From Pasteurella multocida (GTDB taxonomy: Bacteria; Pseudomonadota; Gammaproteobacteria; Enterobacterales; Pasteurellaceae), in the NCBI RefSeq assembly GCF_900187275.1, contig NZ_LT906458.1, forward strand, positions 1,320,001 through 1,352,000: a stretch of DNA of 32,000 nucleotides. The letters run 5' to 3'. Positions 1-10,891 of this stretch are shown here, piece by piece. A program made the translations under genes and the position numbers. A model generated the notes under the pieces. The model ran no database searches. It was not told the DNA's origin and saw only the letters and a list, made by a program, of their open reading frames with translations. How positions within the stretch are numbered: position 1 is the first letter of the stretch; the number at the start of each line of letters is the position of its first letter.

Positions 1-1149
1 ATGGTGAGCTAATGATGCCTCATTTAAATTACCACCGACTTGTTTCTCAATAAAACTGGCGCAGAATTTAGACAGCGCAAGGGGTTCAAGTAACCACGGT
101 TTTTGGCGCAATGGCGGATGTGCACGTAACCAATGATGCACTTTCGCATTAAAGCGTGTATGTGCATGATGATTTGGGTCGATTAAGCCCGTACTTTGTT
201 CAACAATCCAATATTCTTGTTTAAAGGCTGCTAAGAATTGATTCACACGTTTACTAATAAACCCAGAGCCAAATTGAATAACAATATCCGCTTGTAATAA
301 TTTTTGCTTAACTGTTTGATTCGCTAACCAAATATCTGCATAAGGTAAACTGGCTTCAACACTCGATTGAACATCTGTTAAAGCAATCCAGCCCATAGTA
401 TTTGCCCAAGCCATAATGCCCATAGTTTGTTCCACGGGTAATCGCCCAACAACAATGACTCCTCGCATCGTCCGCCAATGATCCCAATTGGCGTGCATCA
501 AAACTTCTTTCTGATCTGTTTGTTGTTGTATCCAAGGTTTATGTTGGTTTAACCAACGTTGAATAGGCACCAGCCAACTATGTGCCTCGATATCTGTTTC
601 ACTGGCTTCATAAAGGGGCTCAGCAAAAGGCACATTAACATGAACAACACCGGGTTGACGGGCTTGTTGATAACAGGCTTGCTCTAAACGAGAAATTAAC
701 CAATCGGCGCTGTAATCTTGACTTGGGCGCGGTAAATTAACACTTGCAACAGGATAATCCGCATACATATGCGGTTGTACAATCGCTTGATTTGCCCCGC
801 ATTCGATCAATTCTGGAGGACGATCAGCAGTAAGAACAATCAGATTTACTCCCGTTTGACGCGCTTCAATAATAGCAGGATATAGATTCGCCGCTGCCGT
901 GCCAGAGGTGACGATTACGGCAACAGGCTTTTTGCTGACTTTTGCCAATCCTAACGCAAAAAAACCAAGTCCACGTTCATCAAAGTGAGTGTGGCAAGTC
1001 ACACGATGACTATCTTGCAAACGTATCGCTTCCAAAGTCAGAGGAGTAGAACGAGATCCTGGTGCAATACAAAAATGCGCAACACCTTGGCGAACCAGGG
1101 TTTCCAAAATCACTTTTGACCAACAACGATTAAATACGCTTATTGACAT
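1..1149 (-). CDS. menD: SEPHCHC synthase MenD (menaquinone biosynthesis). N-terminal ~383 codons only; the 3' end runs off the window.
   Basis: Missing from the ORF track because it is open to the window edge. The reverse-strand ATG at 1149..1147 reads [41 protein letters not shown]. This parallels the E. coli MenD N-terminus as I recall it ([35 protein letters not shown]). It starts 12 nt downstream of menF. Confidence 0.88.
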   Translation of the reverse strand, partial: [383 protein letters not shown]

Positions 1150-1161
1150 ATCTGTTCCCTT

Positions 1162-2457
1162 TTATAATTGATTCTGTTGCAATAACGATACTAAGCCCAT
1201 AGCTTTACGCTCAATCTCTCGCCATTCTAACAATGGAATAGAGCCTTCAACAATCCCAGCCCCAGCAAAAACACATAATTGACTGTCATTTTCTGCCTGT
1301 TCAATAAAAGCAGAGCGTATCGTGACACAAAAATCCGCATACGCGGGTCCCATAACGCCCAATGTCCCCGCATACCAAGTGCGGTCGAAATTTTCTAATT
1401 TTCGTAACGCCTGTTTAGCTTCCAATTGAGGTAACCCCGCCACCGCTGCAGTCGGGTGCATCGCAAGTAAGATGTCTTTATCCCCACAACCTGCTTTTAG
1501 TTGTGCCGAAATTCGGCGTCGTAAATGTTGTACTTTACGGAGTTTTTTAAGTTCGACCTTTTCTATCGTAATTTGTTGCACAAAGGGCTGTAAATTTTGG
1601 CAAATGCCATCCACAACCAATTGATTTTCATATTCGTTTTTCTTGTCGTGCAACAACCAATCACTTTGCTGTTGATTTTGTTGTTCATCTTCCCCCATAA
1701 ACGCGGTGCCCGCTAAGGCTTCCGTTTTTAATTGTAAACCGTGACGACGATACAATAATTCTGGGCTAGAACCAATAAAGGCACGCTGTTCACTTTCTGC
1801 TAACATAAAGTGATAACAACCTAGATTATATTTCTCACTTTCCGCTAACAAATCCGTTGCGGCTAACGGCGCCGCTGTTTTAAAGCAACGCTCATTCGCT
1901 AAAACAATTTTACTTAACTCGCCTTGTTTAATTTTTTGCAAGCCTTGTTCAACCCAACGGCACCATTCTGCCTGATCGGCTTTTTGCGAAATGAGGCTTA
2001 TCTCTTGCTTCACCGTTTGAAGTGCGGTTTGTTTTTCAAATTTGCTTAAACAAGCGAGCGCTACAAGCTTATCTTGCTCGAATTGCTTTCCATCAATGAA
2101 TAACGTTATCGTCATGCCGTCTTGACGTTGCTGTAATAAAAGACGCGGTAGCACAAACAACGCGTCACCATAAAACTGTAATCCACCGAGCAAAGCCAAC
2201 TGCTGTTCTTGGATAAAGTGTGCCGCTGCACTGACATCAGAGAACTGACGAACCTGACCAATCGACGCCCATTTTGTCGCACCATCTCGCCCATGCAAAT
2301 AAAACTGAGGATAATATTGCTGTGCTTTCAGCCAAGCTAACAAAGAAAAGGTTGTTTCAGTATTGCACTGAAATACCACAATATCGCGATCTTTCTCCGG
2401 TTGATAAGCATTGATTTGTGCAATAAATTGTGCTTTGATTGACTGCAAATTATCCAT
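1162..2457 (-). CDS. menF: Isochorismate synthase (menaquinone-specific)
   Basis: 431-aa ORF, the same length as E. coli MenF. It has a chorismate-binding C-terminal domain (HPTAAVAGLP, WYAGTLGVMG, AGAGIVEGS) and sits directly upstream of menD. Confidence 0.88.
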   Translation of the reverse strand: MDNLQSIKAQFIAQINAYQPEKDRDIVVFQCNTETTFSLLAWLKAQQYYPQFYLHGRDGATKWASIGQVRQFSDVSAAAHFIQEQQLALLGGLQFYGDALFVLPRLLLQQRQDGMTITLFIDGKQFEQDKLVALACLSKFEKQTALQTVKQEISLISQKADQAEWCRWVEQGLQKIKQGELSKIVLANERCFKTAAPLAATDLLAESEKYNLGCYHFMLAESEQRAFIGSSPELLYRRHGLQLKTEALAGTAFMGEDEQQNQQQSDWLLHDKKNEYENQLVVDGICQNLQPFVQQITIEKVELKKLRKVQHLRRRISAQLKAGCGDKDILLAMHPTAAVAGLPQLEAKQALRKLENFDRTWYAGTLGVMGPAYADFCVTIRSAFIEQAENDSQLCVFAGAGIVEGSIPLLEWREIERKAMGLVSLLQQNQL

Positions 2458-2626
2458 ATTGAAAAAGCATTGTTTTCGATAAAAAAATAAGTTAAAAATA
2501 AGCGTTAATTCTACCGCACTTTAATAGAAATTTTTACAAAATCTTTTCTCCCGCCTTAAATAAGCGTAAAGTGTCGTTATTTTATCCAATATCAATCGTT
2601 TCCGTTTACAAGCATAAGGTCTATCT

Positions 2627-3841
2627 ATGGCGCATTTTCCTAAATCAGATAAATTAGAACACGTTTGTTACGATATTCGCGGACCTGTTCATAAAGAAGC
2701 ACTTCGTTTAGAAGAAGAAGGACATAAAATTCTCAAGCTTAATATTGGTAATCCCGCCCCTTTTGGTTTTGAAGCACCAGATGAAATCTTAGTTGATGTC
2801 ATTCGCAACTTACCCACCGCACAAGGCTATTGTGACTCGAAAGGCTTGTATTCTGCACGTAAAGCTATTGTGCAATATTACCAATCAAAAGGCATTCACG
2901 GGGCGACGGTGAATGATGTGTACATTGGTAACGGGGTGTCTGAATTAATCACCATGTCATTACAAGCGTTGCTCAATGACGGTGATGAAGTGCTGATTCC
3001 GATGCCAGACTATCCGCTTTGGACTGCCGCAGCGACTTTAGCCGGTGGTAAACCAGTGCACTATTTATGTGATGAAGAAGCGAATTGGTTTCCTGATGTG
3101 AATGATATCAAAAGCAAAATCACAAAGCGTACTAAAGCGATTGTGGTAATTAATCCTAATAACCCAACGGGTGCAGTATACAGTAAAGATTTGCTGTTAG
3201 AGATCATTGAAGTGGCGCGCCAACATAAATTGATTATTTTTGCCGACGAGATCTACGATAAAATTTTATATGATGATGCAGTGCACCACCATATTGCCGC
3301 CCTCGCGCCAGATATTTTAACCGTCACTTTTAATGGGTTGTCGAAAGCCTACCGTGTCGCGGGTTTCCGCCAAGGTTGGATGATCTTAAACGGACCGAAA
3401 AAAGCCGCTACGGGTTATATTGAAGGGCTCGATATGTTGGCGTCTATGCGACTTTGCGCCAATGTGCCAATGCAACATGCGATTCAAACTGCGCTAGGTG
3501 GCTATCAAAGTATTAATGAATTTATCCTTCCCGGTGGGCGTTTGCTTGAGCAGCGCAATAAAGCCTATGAGTTAATTAATCAAATCCCTGGGGTAAGTTG
3601 CGTCAAACCGCAAGGTGCGATGTATATGTTCCCGAAAATCGACATCAAAAAATTTAATATCTATGATGATGAAAAGATGGTGTTTGATTTGTTAGCACAA
3701 GAAAAAGTGTTATTAGTACATGGACGTGGTTTCAACTGGCATTCCCCTGATCATTTCCGGATTGTCACTTTACCTCATGTTCATCAAATTGAAGAGGCGC
3801 TCACGAAACTTGCTCGTTTCTTAGCCCACTATCATCAATAA
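2627..3841 (+). CDS. alaA: Glutamate-pyruvate (alanine) aminotransferase, class I PLP enzyme
   Basis: 404 aa, near-colinear with E. coli AlaA/YfbQ. Shared stretches include KLENVCYDIRGP, LKLNIGNPAPFGF.APDEILVDVIRNLPTAQGYCDSKGLYSARKAI and the PLP lysine context FNGLSKAYRVAGFRQGW. Confidence 0.92.
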   Translation: MAHFPKSDKLEHVCYDIRGPVHKEALRLEEEGHKILKLNIGNPAPFGFEAPDEILVDVIRNLPTAQGYCDSKGLYSARKAIVQYYQSKGIHGATVNDVYIGNGVSELITMSLQALLNDGDEVLIPMPDYPLWTAAATLAGGKPVHYLCDEEANWFPDVNDIKSKITKRTKAIVVINPNNPTGAVYSKDLLLEIIEVARQHKLIIFADEIYDKILYDDAVHHHIAALAPDILTVTFNGLSKAYRVAGFRQGWMILNGPKKAATGYIEGLDMLASMRLCANVPMQHAIQTALGGYQSINEFILPGGRLLEQRNKAYELINQIPGVSCVKPQGAMYMFPKIDIKKFNIYDDEKMVFDLLAQEKVLLVHGRGFNWHSPDHFRIVTLPHVHQIEEALTKLARFLAHYHQ

Positions 3842-3855
3842 TTCTTGCTACTTAC

Positions 3856-3896
3856 GGCAAACCGTTTCCCTGATGTTTCGGTTTGCCTTTTTATTT
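3856..3896 (+). terminator. Rho-independent terminator after alaA
   Basis: GGCAAACCG (3856-3864) pairs with CGGTTTGCC (3879-3887), followed by TTTTTATTTT. Confidence 0.7.
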
Positions 3897-3939
3897 TCTG
3901 CCTTCTCGACCATTTCGCTTTCCTCGCATTATTACAAGT

Positions 3940-3958
3940 AAGAATAATTATCATTGAC
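3940..3958. promoter_or_regulatory. Weak Fur-box-like site upstream of fbpA
   Basis: AAGAATAATTATCATTGAC matches the 19-bp consensus GATAATGATAATCATTATC at 12/19 positions by my count. It lies about 70 nt upstream of the fbpA start. Confidence 0.35.
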
Positions 3959-4025
3959 TTAAATCAATTTATTGGTTAAATTGACCGCACTTTTAACCGT
4001 AAACACTCATCTGAGGAATGTGATT

Positions 4026-5039
4026 ATGAAAAAAATCTCAACACTTGCATTGGCTTTATCTGCAGTGATTTCAACATCCGCTATGGCGGCAAATGAAGTT
4101 AACGTTTATTCTTACCGCCAACCTTACCTAATCGAACCTATGTTAAAAGACTTCGAAAAAGACACTGGCGTAAAAGTCAACGTGATTTTTGCGGATAAAG
4201 GCTTAGTGGATCGTGTAAAACGTGAAGGCGAGTTAAGTCCAGCAGACGTATTATTAACAGTTGATATCAGTCGTGTGATGGAAATTGTAAAAGAAGGTTT
4301 AGCGCAACCAATCCACAGTGAAACCCTTGAGAAAAATATTCCAGCGCAATTCCGTGATTCCAAAGACGAATGGTTTGCTTTAACAACGCGTGCACGTGCC
4401 ATTTACACTGCAAAAGATCGTGTGGGTAAATTACCAGCTGACTTCACTTACTACGATTTAGCAAAACCTGAATACAAAGGCAAAGTCTGTGTGCGTTCGG
4501 GTAAAAATGCCTATAACGTTTCTTTAGTTGCCTCTATGATCGCACATGATGGCGAAGCGAAAGCAAAAGCGTTCTTAGAAGGCTTAAAAGCGAACCTCGC
4601 ACAAAAACCACAAGGTGGTGACCGTGATCAAGTGAAAGCGATTAAAGAAGGTATCTGTGATTACGCGTTAGGTAACAGCTATTACTTCGGTAAAATGTTA
4701 GACGATGAAAAACAACGTAGCTGGGCAGAAGCGGTTTACATTAACTTCCCGAACCAAAAAGCGCAAGGTACACACGTTAATATCAGTGGTGTAGCCATTG
4801 CGAAACACGCGCCAAACAAAGCCAATGCGGTGAAATTTGTGGAATATTTAAGCGGTGATAAAGCTCAACATTTATACGCTGAGTTGAACCATGAGTACCC
4901 AGTAAAACCAGGAGTTGAGCGCTCTAAACTGGTTGCATCTTGGGGTGAATTCAAAGCTGATGATATCGCTTTAGAGAAAATCGCAGAAAATTATGATAAA
5001 GCATTAAAATTAATTGACGAAGTGAAATTCGATCTTTAA
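4026..5039 (+). CDS. fbpA: Periplasmic ferric-iron binding protein of an ABC importer (Mannheimia haemolytica FbpA / AfuA type)
   Basis: The ORF track starts at a TTG (3972). I prefer the ATG at 4026, preceded by GAGGA at 4013-4017, which gives the signal peptide MKKISTLALALSAVISTSAMA. The mature protein (ANEVNVYSYRQPYLIEPMLKDFEKDTGVKVN...) closely resembles M. haemolytica FbpA as I recall it. It keeps the Tyr pair in GNSYYFG used for Fe3+ coordination. Confidence 0.85.
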   Translation: MKKISTLALALSAVISTSAMAANEVNVYSYRQPYLIEPMLKDFEKDTGVKVNVIFADKGLVDRVKREGELSPADVLLTVDISRVMEIVKEGLAQPIHSETLEKNIPAQFRDSKDEWFALTTRARAIYTAKDRVGKLPADFTYYDLAKPEYKGKVCVRSGKNAYNVSLVASMIAHDGEAKAKAFLEGLKANLAQKPQGGDRDQVKAIKEGICDYALGNSYYFGKMLDDEKQRSWAEAVYINFPNQKAQGTHVNISGVAIAKHAPNKANAVKFVEYLSGDKAQHLYAELNHEYPVKPGVERSKLVASWGEFKADDIALEKIAENYDKALKLIDEVKFDL

Positions 5040-5069
5040 TTTAGTGACCTGATTTATCTCAACTGGCAA

Positions 5070-5089
5070 GGGCGACGTTAATGTCGCCC
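5070..5089 (+). other. Intercistronic stem-loop between fbpA and fbpB (possible partial attenuator or mRNA stabiliser)
   Basis: GGGCGAC (5070-5076), loop GTTAAT, GTCGCCC (5083-5089), followed by TTTAAATATT, which is only a weak U tract. Confidence 0.4.
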
Positions 5090-5117
5090 TTTAAATATTA
5101 TTATAGACGACGCTAAG

Positions 5118-6776
5118 ATGTATTCACTCAAAAAAATCAGCTGGAATTTCACCGCACTTTTTATTGTGTTGTTCTTTCTCTTGCCTTTAATTTCTATTCT
5201 TTATCAATCTTGGCAAGCCGATTGGGACAATATTCAACATCTTTGGCAAACCGTTCTCACCGACTACAGTATCAATTCGCTCATTTTGGTTTTAGGCACG
5301 GTGTTTTTAAGTTTAGTGTTCGCCATTCCCGCCGCGTGGATTATCTCAACTTACCAATTTGTCGGACAAAAAACATTGCAATGGGTGCTTTGTTTGCCTT
5401 TAGCGATGCCAGCTTATTTAGTCGGCTATCTATACACTGATTTATTAGATTATCCCGGTCCGGTACAATCACTTTTACGGGAATACTTTGCTTGGCATAG
5501 TCCACAAGATTACTGGTTCCCGCCAATTCGTTCACTTGGCGGCGCCTGTTTCGTATTAGCACTGGTCTTGTATCCTTATGTATTTTTACTTGTTCGTGTT
5601 GCTTTATTGGAACAATCAGAAAATTTAATTCATAGTGCCAAAACCTTAGGTGCTAGCCGTTTTTACTTATTTAAAAAAGTCACGTTACCTTTGATTCGCC
5701 CTGCTATTGCAGTCGGTGCATCCTTAGTTGCCATGGAAACCCTTGGCGATTTTGGTACGGTCTACTATTTCGCTGTACCAACACTGACAACAGCGGTATA
5801 TGATACTTGGCTTGGATATGGTGATTTAGGTTCTGCTAGCCAAATTTCTTTGTTAATGCTGTTTATGATCTTCAGCTTATTATGGTTAGAACGTTATAGT
5901 CGTCGTAAACAAAAAACCTATCAACGAGGTTATGAGAAAAAGCGCCGTTTAACGCCTCTTTCTGGTTTCAAACTTGTCCTTGCTCAATTGTATTGTTGGG
6001 GCTTAGTCAGTATCGCCTTCATTATTCCTTTTGCGAAGCTGATTTATTGGGCTCTGTCTTATTTTGATATCAGCCAAGCGGATAACTTTTTCCATTATGC
6101 TTATCATAGCTTATCCAGTTCGGTGATCGCTTCTGTTGTATGTGTACTGTTAGCCCTCTTTTTACACTTTTTTAATCGCCTCGCGTTGCAAAAAAGTCCG
6201 ATACAGCAGCGTGTTGCACATTATGGCTTACAACTTTCCTCCCTCGGCTACGCCATACCCGGTACCGTCTTAGCTATTGGGATTCTGATCCCTTATACTC
6301 GCGCAGATCATTTACTCAATGATCTGCTAAAATCCTTTGGCTTTTCCCCTGTTGGTTTAATTTTCTCAGGATCGATGTTTGCTCTCATTTGTGCTTATAC
6401 CGTACGTTTTTCTGCCATGGCAATTGGTGGTATCGATGCCTCGTTTCAAAAAATATCACCTTCCTTAGATATGGCAAGCCGTACATTAGGTCAAAACGGC
6501 ATCAAAATGTTACATCGTGTTCATCTGCCATTATTGTCTAAAGGTATTCTCACCGCATTGATGATGGTGTTTATCGAAACCATGAAAGAATTAAATGCTT
6601 CGTTATTATTACGTCCTTTTAATTTTGATACTTTGGCAACCCATGTTTTTACCTTTACTTCCGATGAGCAGCTCGAACAAGCCGCCCTACCTGCCATTGC
6701 GTTAGTATTAGTCGGCTTATTACCAGTGATTTGGTTGACACGCTCACTGGTGCTTCATTCCGAAAAAGATCGCTAA
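5118..6776 (+). CDS. fbpB: Iron(III) ABC transporter permease, duplicated two-domain type
   Basis: 552 aa and highly hydrophobic, with about 12 predicted TM segments. It sits between the binding protein and the ATPase, the typical FbpB/AfuB architecture. Confidence 0.85.
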   Translation: MYSLKKISWNFTALFIVLFFLLPLISILYQSWQADWDNIQHLWQTVLTDYSINSLILVLGTVFLSLVFAIPAAWIISTYQFVGQKTLQWVLCLPLAMPAYLVGYLYTDLLDYPGPVQSLLREYFAWHSPQDYWFPPIRSLGGACFVLALVLYPYVFLLVRVALLEQSENLIHSAKTLGASRFYLFKKVTLPLIRPAIAVGASLVAMETLGDFGTVYYFAVPTLTTAVYDTWLGYGDLGSASQISLLMLFMIFSLLWLERYSRRKQKTYQRGYEKKRRLTPLSGFKLVLAQLYCWGLVSIAFIIPFAKLIYWALSYFDISQADNFFHYAYHSLSSSVIASVVCVLLALFLHFFNRLALQKSPIQQRVAHYGLQLSSLGYAIPGTVLAIGILIPYTRADHLLNDLLKSFGFSPVGLIFSGSMFALICAYTVRFSAMAIGGIDASFQKISPSLDMASRTLGQNGIKMLHRVHLPLLSKGILTALMMVFIETMKELNASLLLRPFNFDTLATHVFTFTSDEQLEQAALPAIALVLVGLLPVIWLTRSLVLHSEKDR

Positions 6777-6778
6777 TT

Positions 6779-7816
6779 ATGAATATATTACAAATATCCC
6801 AATTAACTTGTGGTTACAGTACCGAAAACGTCTTACAAAACTTAGATCTGGCGATGGCTCAGAATGAAATTCTCTGTTTACTCGGAGCCAGTGGTTGTGG
6901 CAAAACAACGCTCTTGAAATCGATTGCCGGCTTACAAGACATCAGTCAAGGCAAGATTTTGTTTAATGAGCAAAATTTAGCTGGACTGCCCGTGGAACAA
7001 CGGCAAATTGGAGTTATTTTTCAAGATTACGCGTTGTTTCCACATTTAACGGTGAAAGAAAATATCGCCTTTGGTTTACAGAAGAAAAAAGCGGCAGAAA
7101 AAACAGAAATTATTGAAAAAATGACCGCACTTGTGCGCCTCACAGGCTTACTCGAACGTTATCCTCATGAATTATCTGGAGGTCAACAGCAGCGAGTTGC
7201 CATTGCACGTGCTTTAGCTTGCAAACCGCGTTTATTGTTATTAGATGAACCTTTTTCCAATATTGATAGTCAAGTGCGTTATCAGATGATTGATGAGATC
7301 AAGGACATTTTAAAAAGCCAACAAATTCCCGCGATTTTTGTCACTCATAGCAAAGAAGAAGCCTTTGCCTTCGCTGATAAACTTGCCATTATGGATAAAG
7401 GTAAAATTGTGCAAGTCGGTGATGCCGACTTACTCTATCAAATGCCTATCAATAAGTTTGTGGCAGAGTTTTTAGGTAATGTCAATTATTTAACTTGTCG
7501 TATTACGTCAGAGCGTAGCTTCAATTCGGTGATTGGTGAATACACCTTTACTCAACCGCTCACCTTTTCCAACGAGAAGCCAATAAGTGTCGGACAGAAC
7601 GTACATTGGTTAGTACGTCCACAAAGTTTCCAAATTCATCTTGATGAGCAAGGCAGTGGAGTCATTAGTAAAAAGCGTTTTTTAGGTCCTTACTTTCAAT
7701 ATGATGTTAATATTGGCGACGAGTGCTTTATGGTACAAAGTCCGAAAAACTTCCCGCTTGATGCGCAGGTCCGTTTAAATTATAAATGTACCGCGCCTGT
7801 TCTTTTTGACATCTAG
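6779..7816 (+). CDS. fbpC: Iron(III) ABC transporter ATP-binding protein
   Basis: I prefer the ATG at 6779 (MNILQISQLTCGY), 2 nt after the fbpB stop, over the track start at 6731. Walker A GASGCGKTT, signature LSGGQQQRVAIARAL, Walker B LLLLDEPFS, and a C-terminal regulatory domain. Confidence 0.9.
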   Translation: MNILQISQLTCGYSTENVLQNLDLAMAQNEILCLLGASGCGKTTLLKSIAGLQDISQGKILFNEQNLAGLPVEQRQIGVIFQDYALFPHLTVKENIAFGLQKKKAAEKTEIIEKMTALVRLTGLLERYPHELSGGQQQRVAIARALACKPRLLLLDEPFSNIDSQVRYQMIDEIKDILKSQQIPAIFVTHSKEEAFAFADKLAIMDKGKIVQVGDADLLYQMPINKFVAEFLGNVNYLTCRITSERSFNSVIGEYTFTQPLTFSNEKPISVGQNVHWLVRPQSFQIHLDEQGSGVISKKRFLGPYFQYDVNIGDECFMVQSPKNFPLDAQVRLNYKCTAPVLFDI

Positions 7817-7843
7817 CCCGCTTTTTTATTGTAACGTAATAAA

Positions 7844-7877
7844 AAATCTGCACCGTACTGAATACGAGTGCAGATTT
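7844..7877. terminator. Probable shared terminator between convergent fbpC and fadR
   Basis: AAATCTGCAC (7844-7853) pairs with GTGCAGATTT (7868-7877). A-rich and T-rich flanks could allow function in both directions. Confidence 0.5.
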
Positions 7878-7907
7878 CGCAAGATGTGTTATCTGGTTTA
7901 AAAAGGA

Positions 7908-8633
7908 CTATTCATTAAAATTAGCCGGTAAATATGCCTGCATATTTGCCCAAATCACCCCACTGTCTTTACCATATTGACGGATACACTCTTTGACATC
8001 GTTCACTTGCTGTGTTTGACACAACGTCTTTAGCGAAAGATAAAAGCGTTTCGCTAATTCACGCGCCGATGGATTGGCAAAATAAAACAACCCTACACGT
8101 GTATATAACCCTTTCAAACTATTTAAAATCAAACCATACACAGGATTATCAGATGCAAATGCTAATTTACGGAAAAGATCATAATCAAAATTAGTATAAG
8201 CTTCTGCTGTATCTGCTAGAGTATCAAGATCCTTAAACGCTTCGAGTGATTTCTGTGGTTCTACTTTGAAGGCTTTTTGAATATAGATTGCCGAAATATT
8301 GGTTCGCGCGGACAGGATGTTAGAAATGAAACTAGGTAACTTGGTGCTATCTAAACGTACTAATACCTCTAAAATATTCAAGCCCGAGGTTTCCCAAATA
8401 TTATTCACTTTGGTTGGTTTCCCATGTTGAATATTCAACCAACCGTCACGCGCCAGGCGTTGTAGCACTTCACGTAACGTGGTACGCGTCACCCCAATTT
8501 TCTCTGCCAACTCACGTTCAGCCGGCAAATCGGAGCCTGGTGGGAAATGATTATTCCAGATACTTCTGACAATATATTCTTCCGCTAAACCAGCCGGACT
8601 CTGTGCTTTTAAAAGAGGTTGATCATTATTCAT
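7908..8633 (-). CDS. fadR: Fatty-acid metabolism regulator FadR (GntR family)
   Basis: 241 aa. The N-terminal winged helix [50 protein letters not shown] is nearly identical in pattern to E. coli FadR. The fadR-nhaB-dsbB neighbourhood matches E. coli. Confidence 0.9.
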   Translation of the reverse strand: MNNDQPLLKAQSPAGLAEEYIVRSIWNNHFPPGSDLPAERELAEKIGVTRTTLREVLQRLARDGWLNIQHGKPTKVNNIWETSGLNILEVLVRLDSTKLPSFISNILSARTNISAIYIQKAFKVEPQKSLEAFKDLDTLADTAEAYTNFDYDLFRKLAFASDNPVYGLILNSLKGLYTRVGLFYFANPSARELAKRFYLSLKTLCQTQQVNDVKECIRQYGKDSGVIWANMQAYLPANFNE

Positions 8634-8659
8634 ACGTTTCTTCTAGTCGATTAAATTTA

Positions 8660-8681
8660 AAATGTGATACAGATAACAAAT
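8660..8681. promoter_or_regulatory. Candidate CRP site in the fadR/nhaB divergent region
   Basis: AAATGTGATACAGATAACAAAT matches the consensus AAATGTGATCTAGATCACATTT at about 17/22 positions by eye. Confidence 0.3.
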
Positions 8682-8786
8682 AGTTATTTTAAGTATTATC
8701 GTGTAATGCAGTATATATTACAATGATTCCAATATTATATTCAAAATTTCTAAAAATATTAAATATTAACTAAGGTGGTAGTAAAA

Positions 8787-10328
8787 ATGAGTTATACTCA
8801 AGCATTCCTAAGAAATTTCTTAGGAACAAGTCCTAATTGGTACAAAATCACAATTGTCCTTTTCCTTATTATAAACCCTATAATCTTCTTCTTTATCAGT
8901 CCCTTTATTGCCGGTTGGCTCTTAGTTGCTGAATTCATTCTGACTCTCGCCATGGCACTGAAATGTTACCCTCTTCAACCCGGTGGTTTACTGGCATTAG
9001 AAGCCGTGGCGATTGGTATGACCCATCCAGAACACGTGAAAGCCGAAATCATAGCAAACTTCGAAGTCATCCTACTATTGATCTTTATGGTTGCAGGGAT
9101 TTATTTTATGAAGCGGTTATTGCTGTTTGTTTTCACAAAATTACTTTTAAGTATTCGTTCAAAAATGGTGTTATCCCTTGCTTTCTGTTTAAGTGCGGCC
9201 TTTTTATCGGCTTTTCTCGATGCTTTAACTGTAGTAGCCGTGATCATCAGTGTAGGTATGGGGTTCTATGGGGTATATCATAAAGTTGCTTCAGGCAATA
9301 ATTTCAACGACTCCACTGATATTACCAAAGACGATAAAATTGGTGAAAATAAAGACACGTTAGAACAATTCCGTGCTTTCTTACGCAGCTTAATGATGCA
9401 TTCTTGTGTGGGAACCGCATTAGGTGGCGTCATGACTATGGTCGGTGAACCCCAAAACTTAATCATTGCAGAACAAGCCAAATGGGCATTTGGGGAATTC
9501 TTCTTACGTATGCTCCCAGTCACGTTGCCAGTTCTCATTTGTGGTTTAGTGACCTGCTTCTTAGTGGAAAAATTTGGTGTATTTGGCTATGGCGCCAAAT
9601 TGCCACGTAAAGTATGGGGCATCTTGGCAAAGTTTGATCGCAATAATCAACAAAAAATGTCACGACAAGATCGTTTGAAACTTTTTGTGCAAGCTTTAAT
9701 TGGTATTTGGTTGGTTGTTGGACTCGCATTCCATCTCGCCGCCGTCGGTATCATTGGTTTAACGGTGATTATTTTGGCTACTTCATTTTGTGGTGTCACC
9801 AGCGAGCATGCTATTGGTAAAGCCTTTCAGGAATCCTTACCCTTCACAGCATTGTTAGTGGTGTTCTTCTCGGTTGTTGCCGTCATCATTGACCAACATC
9901 TGTTTGCGCCAATTATTCAGTTTGTGCTGGCTGCCAGTGAACATACTCAGCTTGCTCTTTTCTATATTTTTAACGGTTTGTTATCCGCCATTTCAGATAA
10001 TGTGTTTGTGGCCACAGTTTATATCAATGAAACCAAAGCGGCATTAGAGGCTGGCTTAATTGCTCAACCACAATATGAATTACTGGCAGTAGCAATTAAT
10101 ACCGGTACCAATCTTCCTTCTGTTGCAACCCCAAATGGTCAAGCCGCATTCTTATTTTTATTGACCTCATCACTGGCACCATTAATTCGTCTTTCTTATG
10201 GTAGAATGGTTTATATGGCATTGCCTTATACCATCGTATTATCCTGTATTGGTTTATTGACTGTGGAATATATTTTGCCTGGCGCAACCAATGTGCTCAT
10301 TCAAATTGGTTTATTAAAACCAATGTAA
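8787..10328 (+). CDS. nhaB: Na+/H+ antiporter NhaB
   Basis: I prefer the ATG at 8787 ([23 protein letters not shown]) over the track GTG at 8775. It is colinear with E. coli NhaB ([47 protein letters not shown]). Confidence 0.92.
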   Translation: MSYTQAFLRNFLGTSPNWYKITIVLFLIINPIIFFFISPFIAGWLLVAEFILTLAMALKCYPLQPGGLLALEAVAIGMTHPEHVKAEIIANFEVILLLIFMVAGIYFMKRLLLFVFTKLLLSIRSKMVLSLAFCLSAAFLSAFLDALTVVAVIISVGMGFYGVYHKVASGNNFNDSTDITKDDKIGENKDTLEQFRAFLRSLMMHSCVGTALGGVMTMVGEPQNLIIAEQAKWAFGEFFLRMLPVTLPVLICGLVTCFLVEKFGVFGYGAKLPRKVWGILAKFDRNNQQKMSRQDRLKLFVQALIGIWLVVGLAFHLAAVGIIGLTVIILATSFCGVTSEHAIGKAFQESLPFTALLVVFFSVVAVIIDQHLFAPIIQFVLAASEHTQLALFYIFNGLLSAISDNVFVATVYINETKAALEAGLIAQPQYELLAVAINTGTNLPSVATPNGQAAFLFLLTSSLAPLIRLSYGRMVYMALPYTIVLSCIGLLTVEYILPGATNVLIQIGLLKPM

Positions 10329-10349
10329 TGACAAGTAAAAGGAGGAAAC

Positions 10350-10886
10350 ATGCTAAGCTTTTTTAAGACACTCTCAACAAAACGAAGTGCATGGTTTCTA
10401 TTGTTTAGCTCAGCTTTACTATTAGAGGCTATCGCTCTTTATTTTCAACATGGCATGGGGCTCGCCCCTTGTGTCATGTGTATTTACGAGAGGGTAGCTA
10501 TTCTTGGCATTGCTTTCTCCGGTTTATTGGGGTTACTCTACCCGAGTTCGATGCTTTTGCGCCTTGTGGCGTTATTAATTGGTTTAAGCAGTGCAATCAA
10601 AGGCTTAATGATTAGCATCACCCATTTAGATCTACAACTTTACCCTGCACCTTGGAAACAATGTTCAGCGGTGGCAGAATTTCCCGAGACTTTACCCTTA
10701 GATCAGTGGTTTCCTGCACTCTTCCTCCCTTCAGGCTCATGCAGTGAAGTAACATGGCAATTTCTCGGCTTTTCTATGGTGCAATGGATCGTCGTCATTT
10801 TTGCACTCTATACCTTATTACTTGCTCTCATTTTCATCAGCCAAGTCAAACGTCTAAAACCCAAGCAGCGCAGACTCTTTCATTAA
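10350..10886 (+). CDS. dsbB: Disulfide bond formation protein B
   Basis: 178 aa with four TM segments and the Cys pairs CVMC and C...C in the periplasmic loops. The strong SD AAAGGAGG is just upstream. Confidence 0.88.
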   Translation: MLSFFKTLSTKRSAWFLLFSSALLLEAIALYFQHGMGLAPCVMCIYERVAILGIAFSGLLGLLYPSSMLLRLVALLIGLSSAIKGLMISITHLDLQLYPAPWKQCSAVAEFPETLPLDQWFPALFLPSGSCSEVTWQFLGFSMVQWIVVIFALYTLLLALIFISQVKRLKPKQRRLFH

Positions 10887-10891
10887 GTCAT

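Noticed and set aside
4026-5039. The binding protein as a sugar-phosphate-binding AfuA rather than an iron-binding protein
   Set aside because: The sequence closely follows the Mannheimia FbpA type and retains the SYYFG tyrosine pair. A Fur-like site lies upstream. Iron is the more likely ligand, though this is untested.
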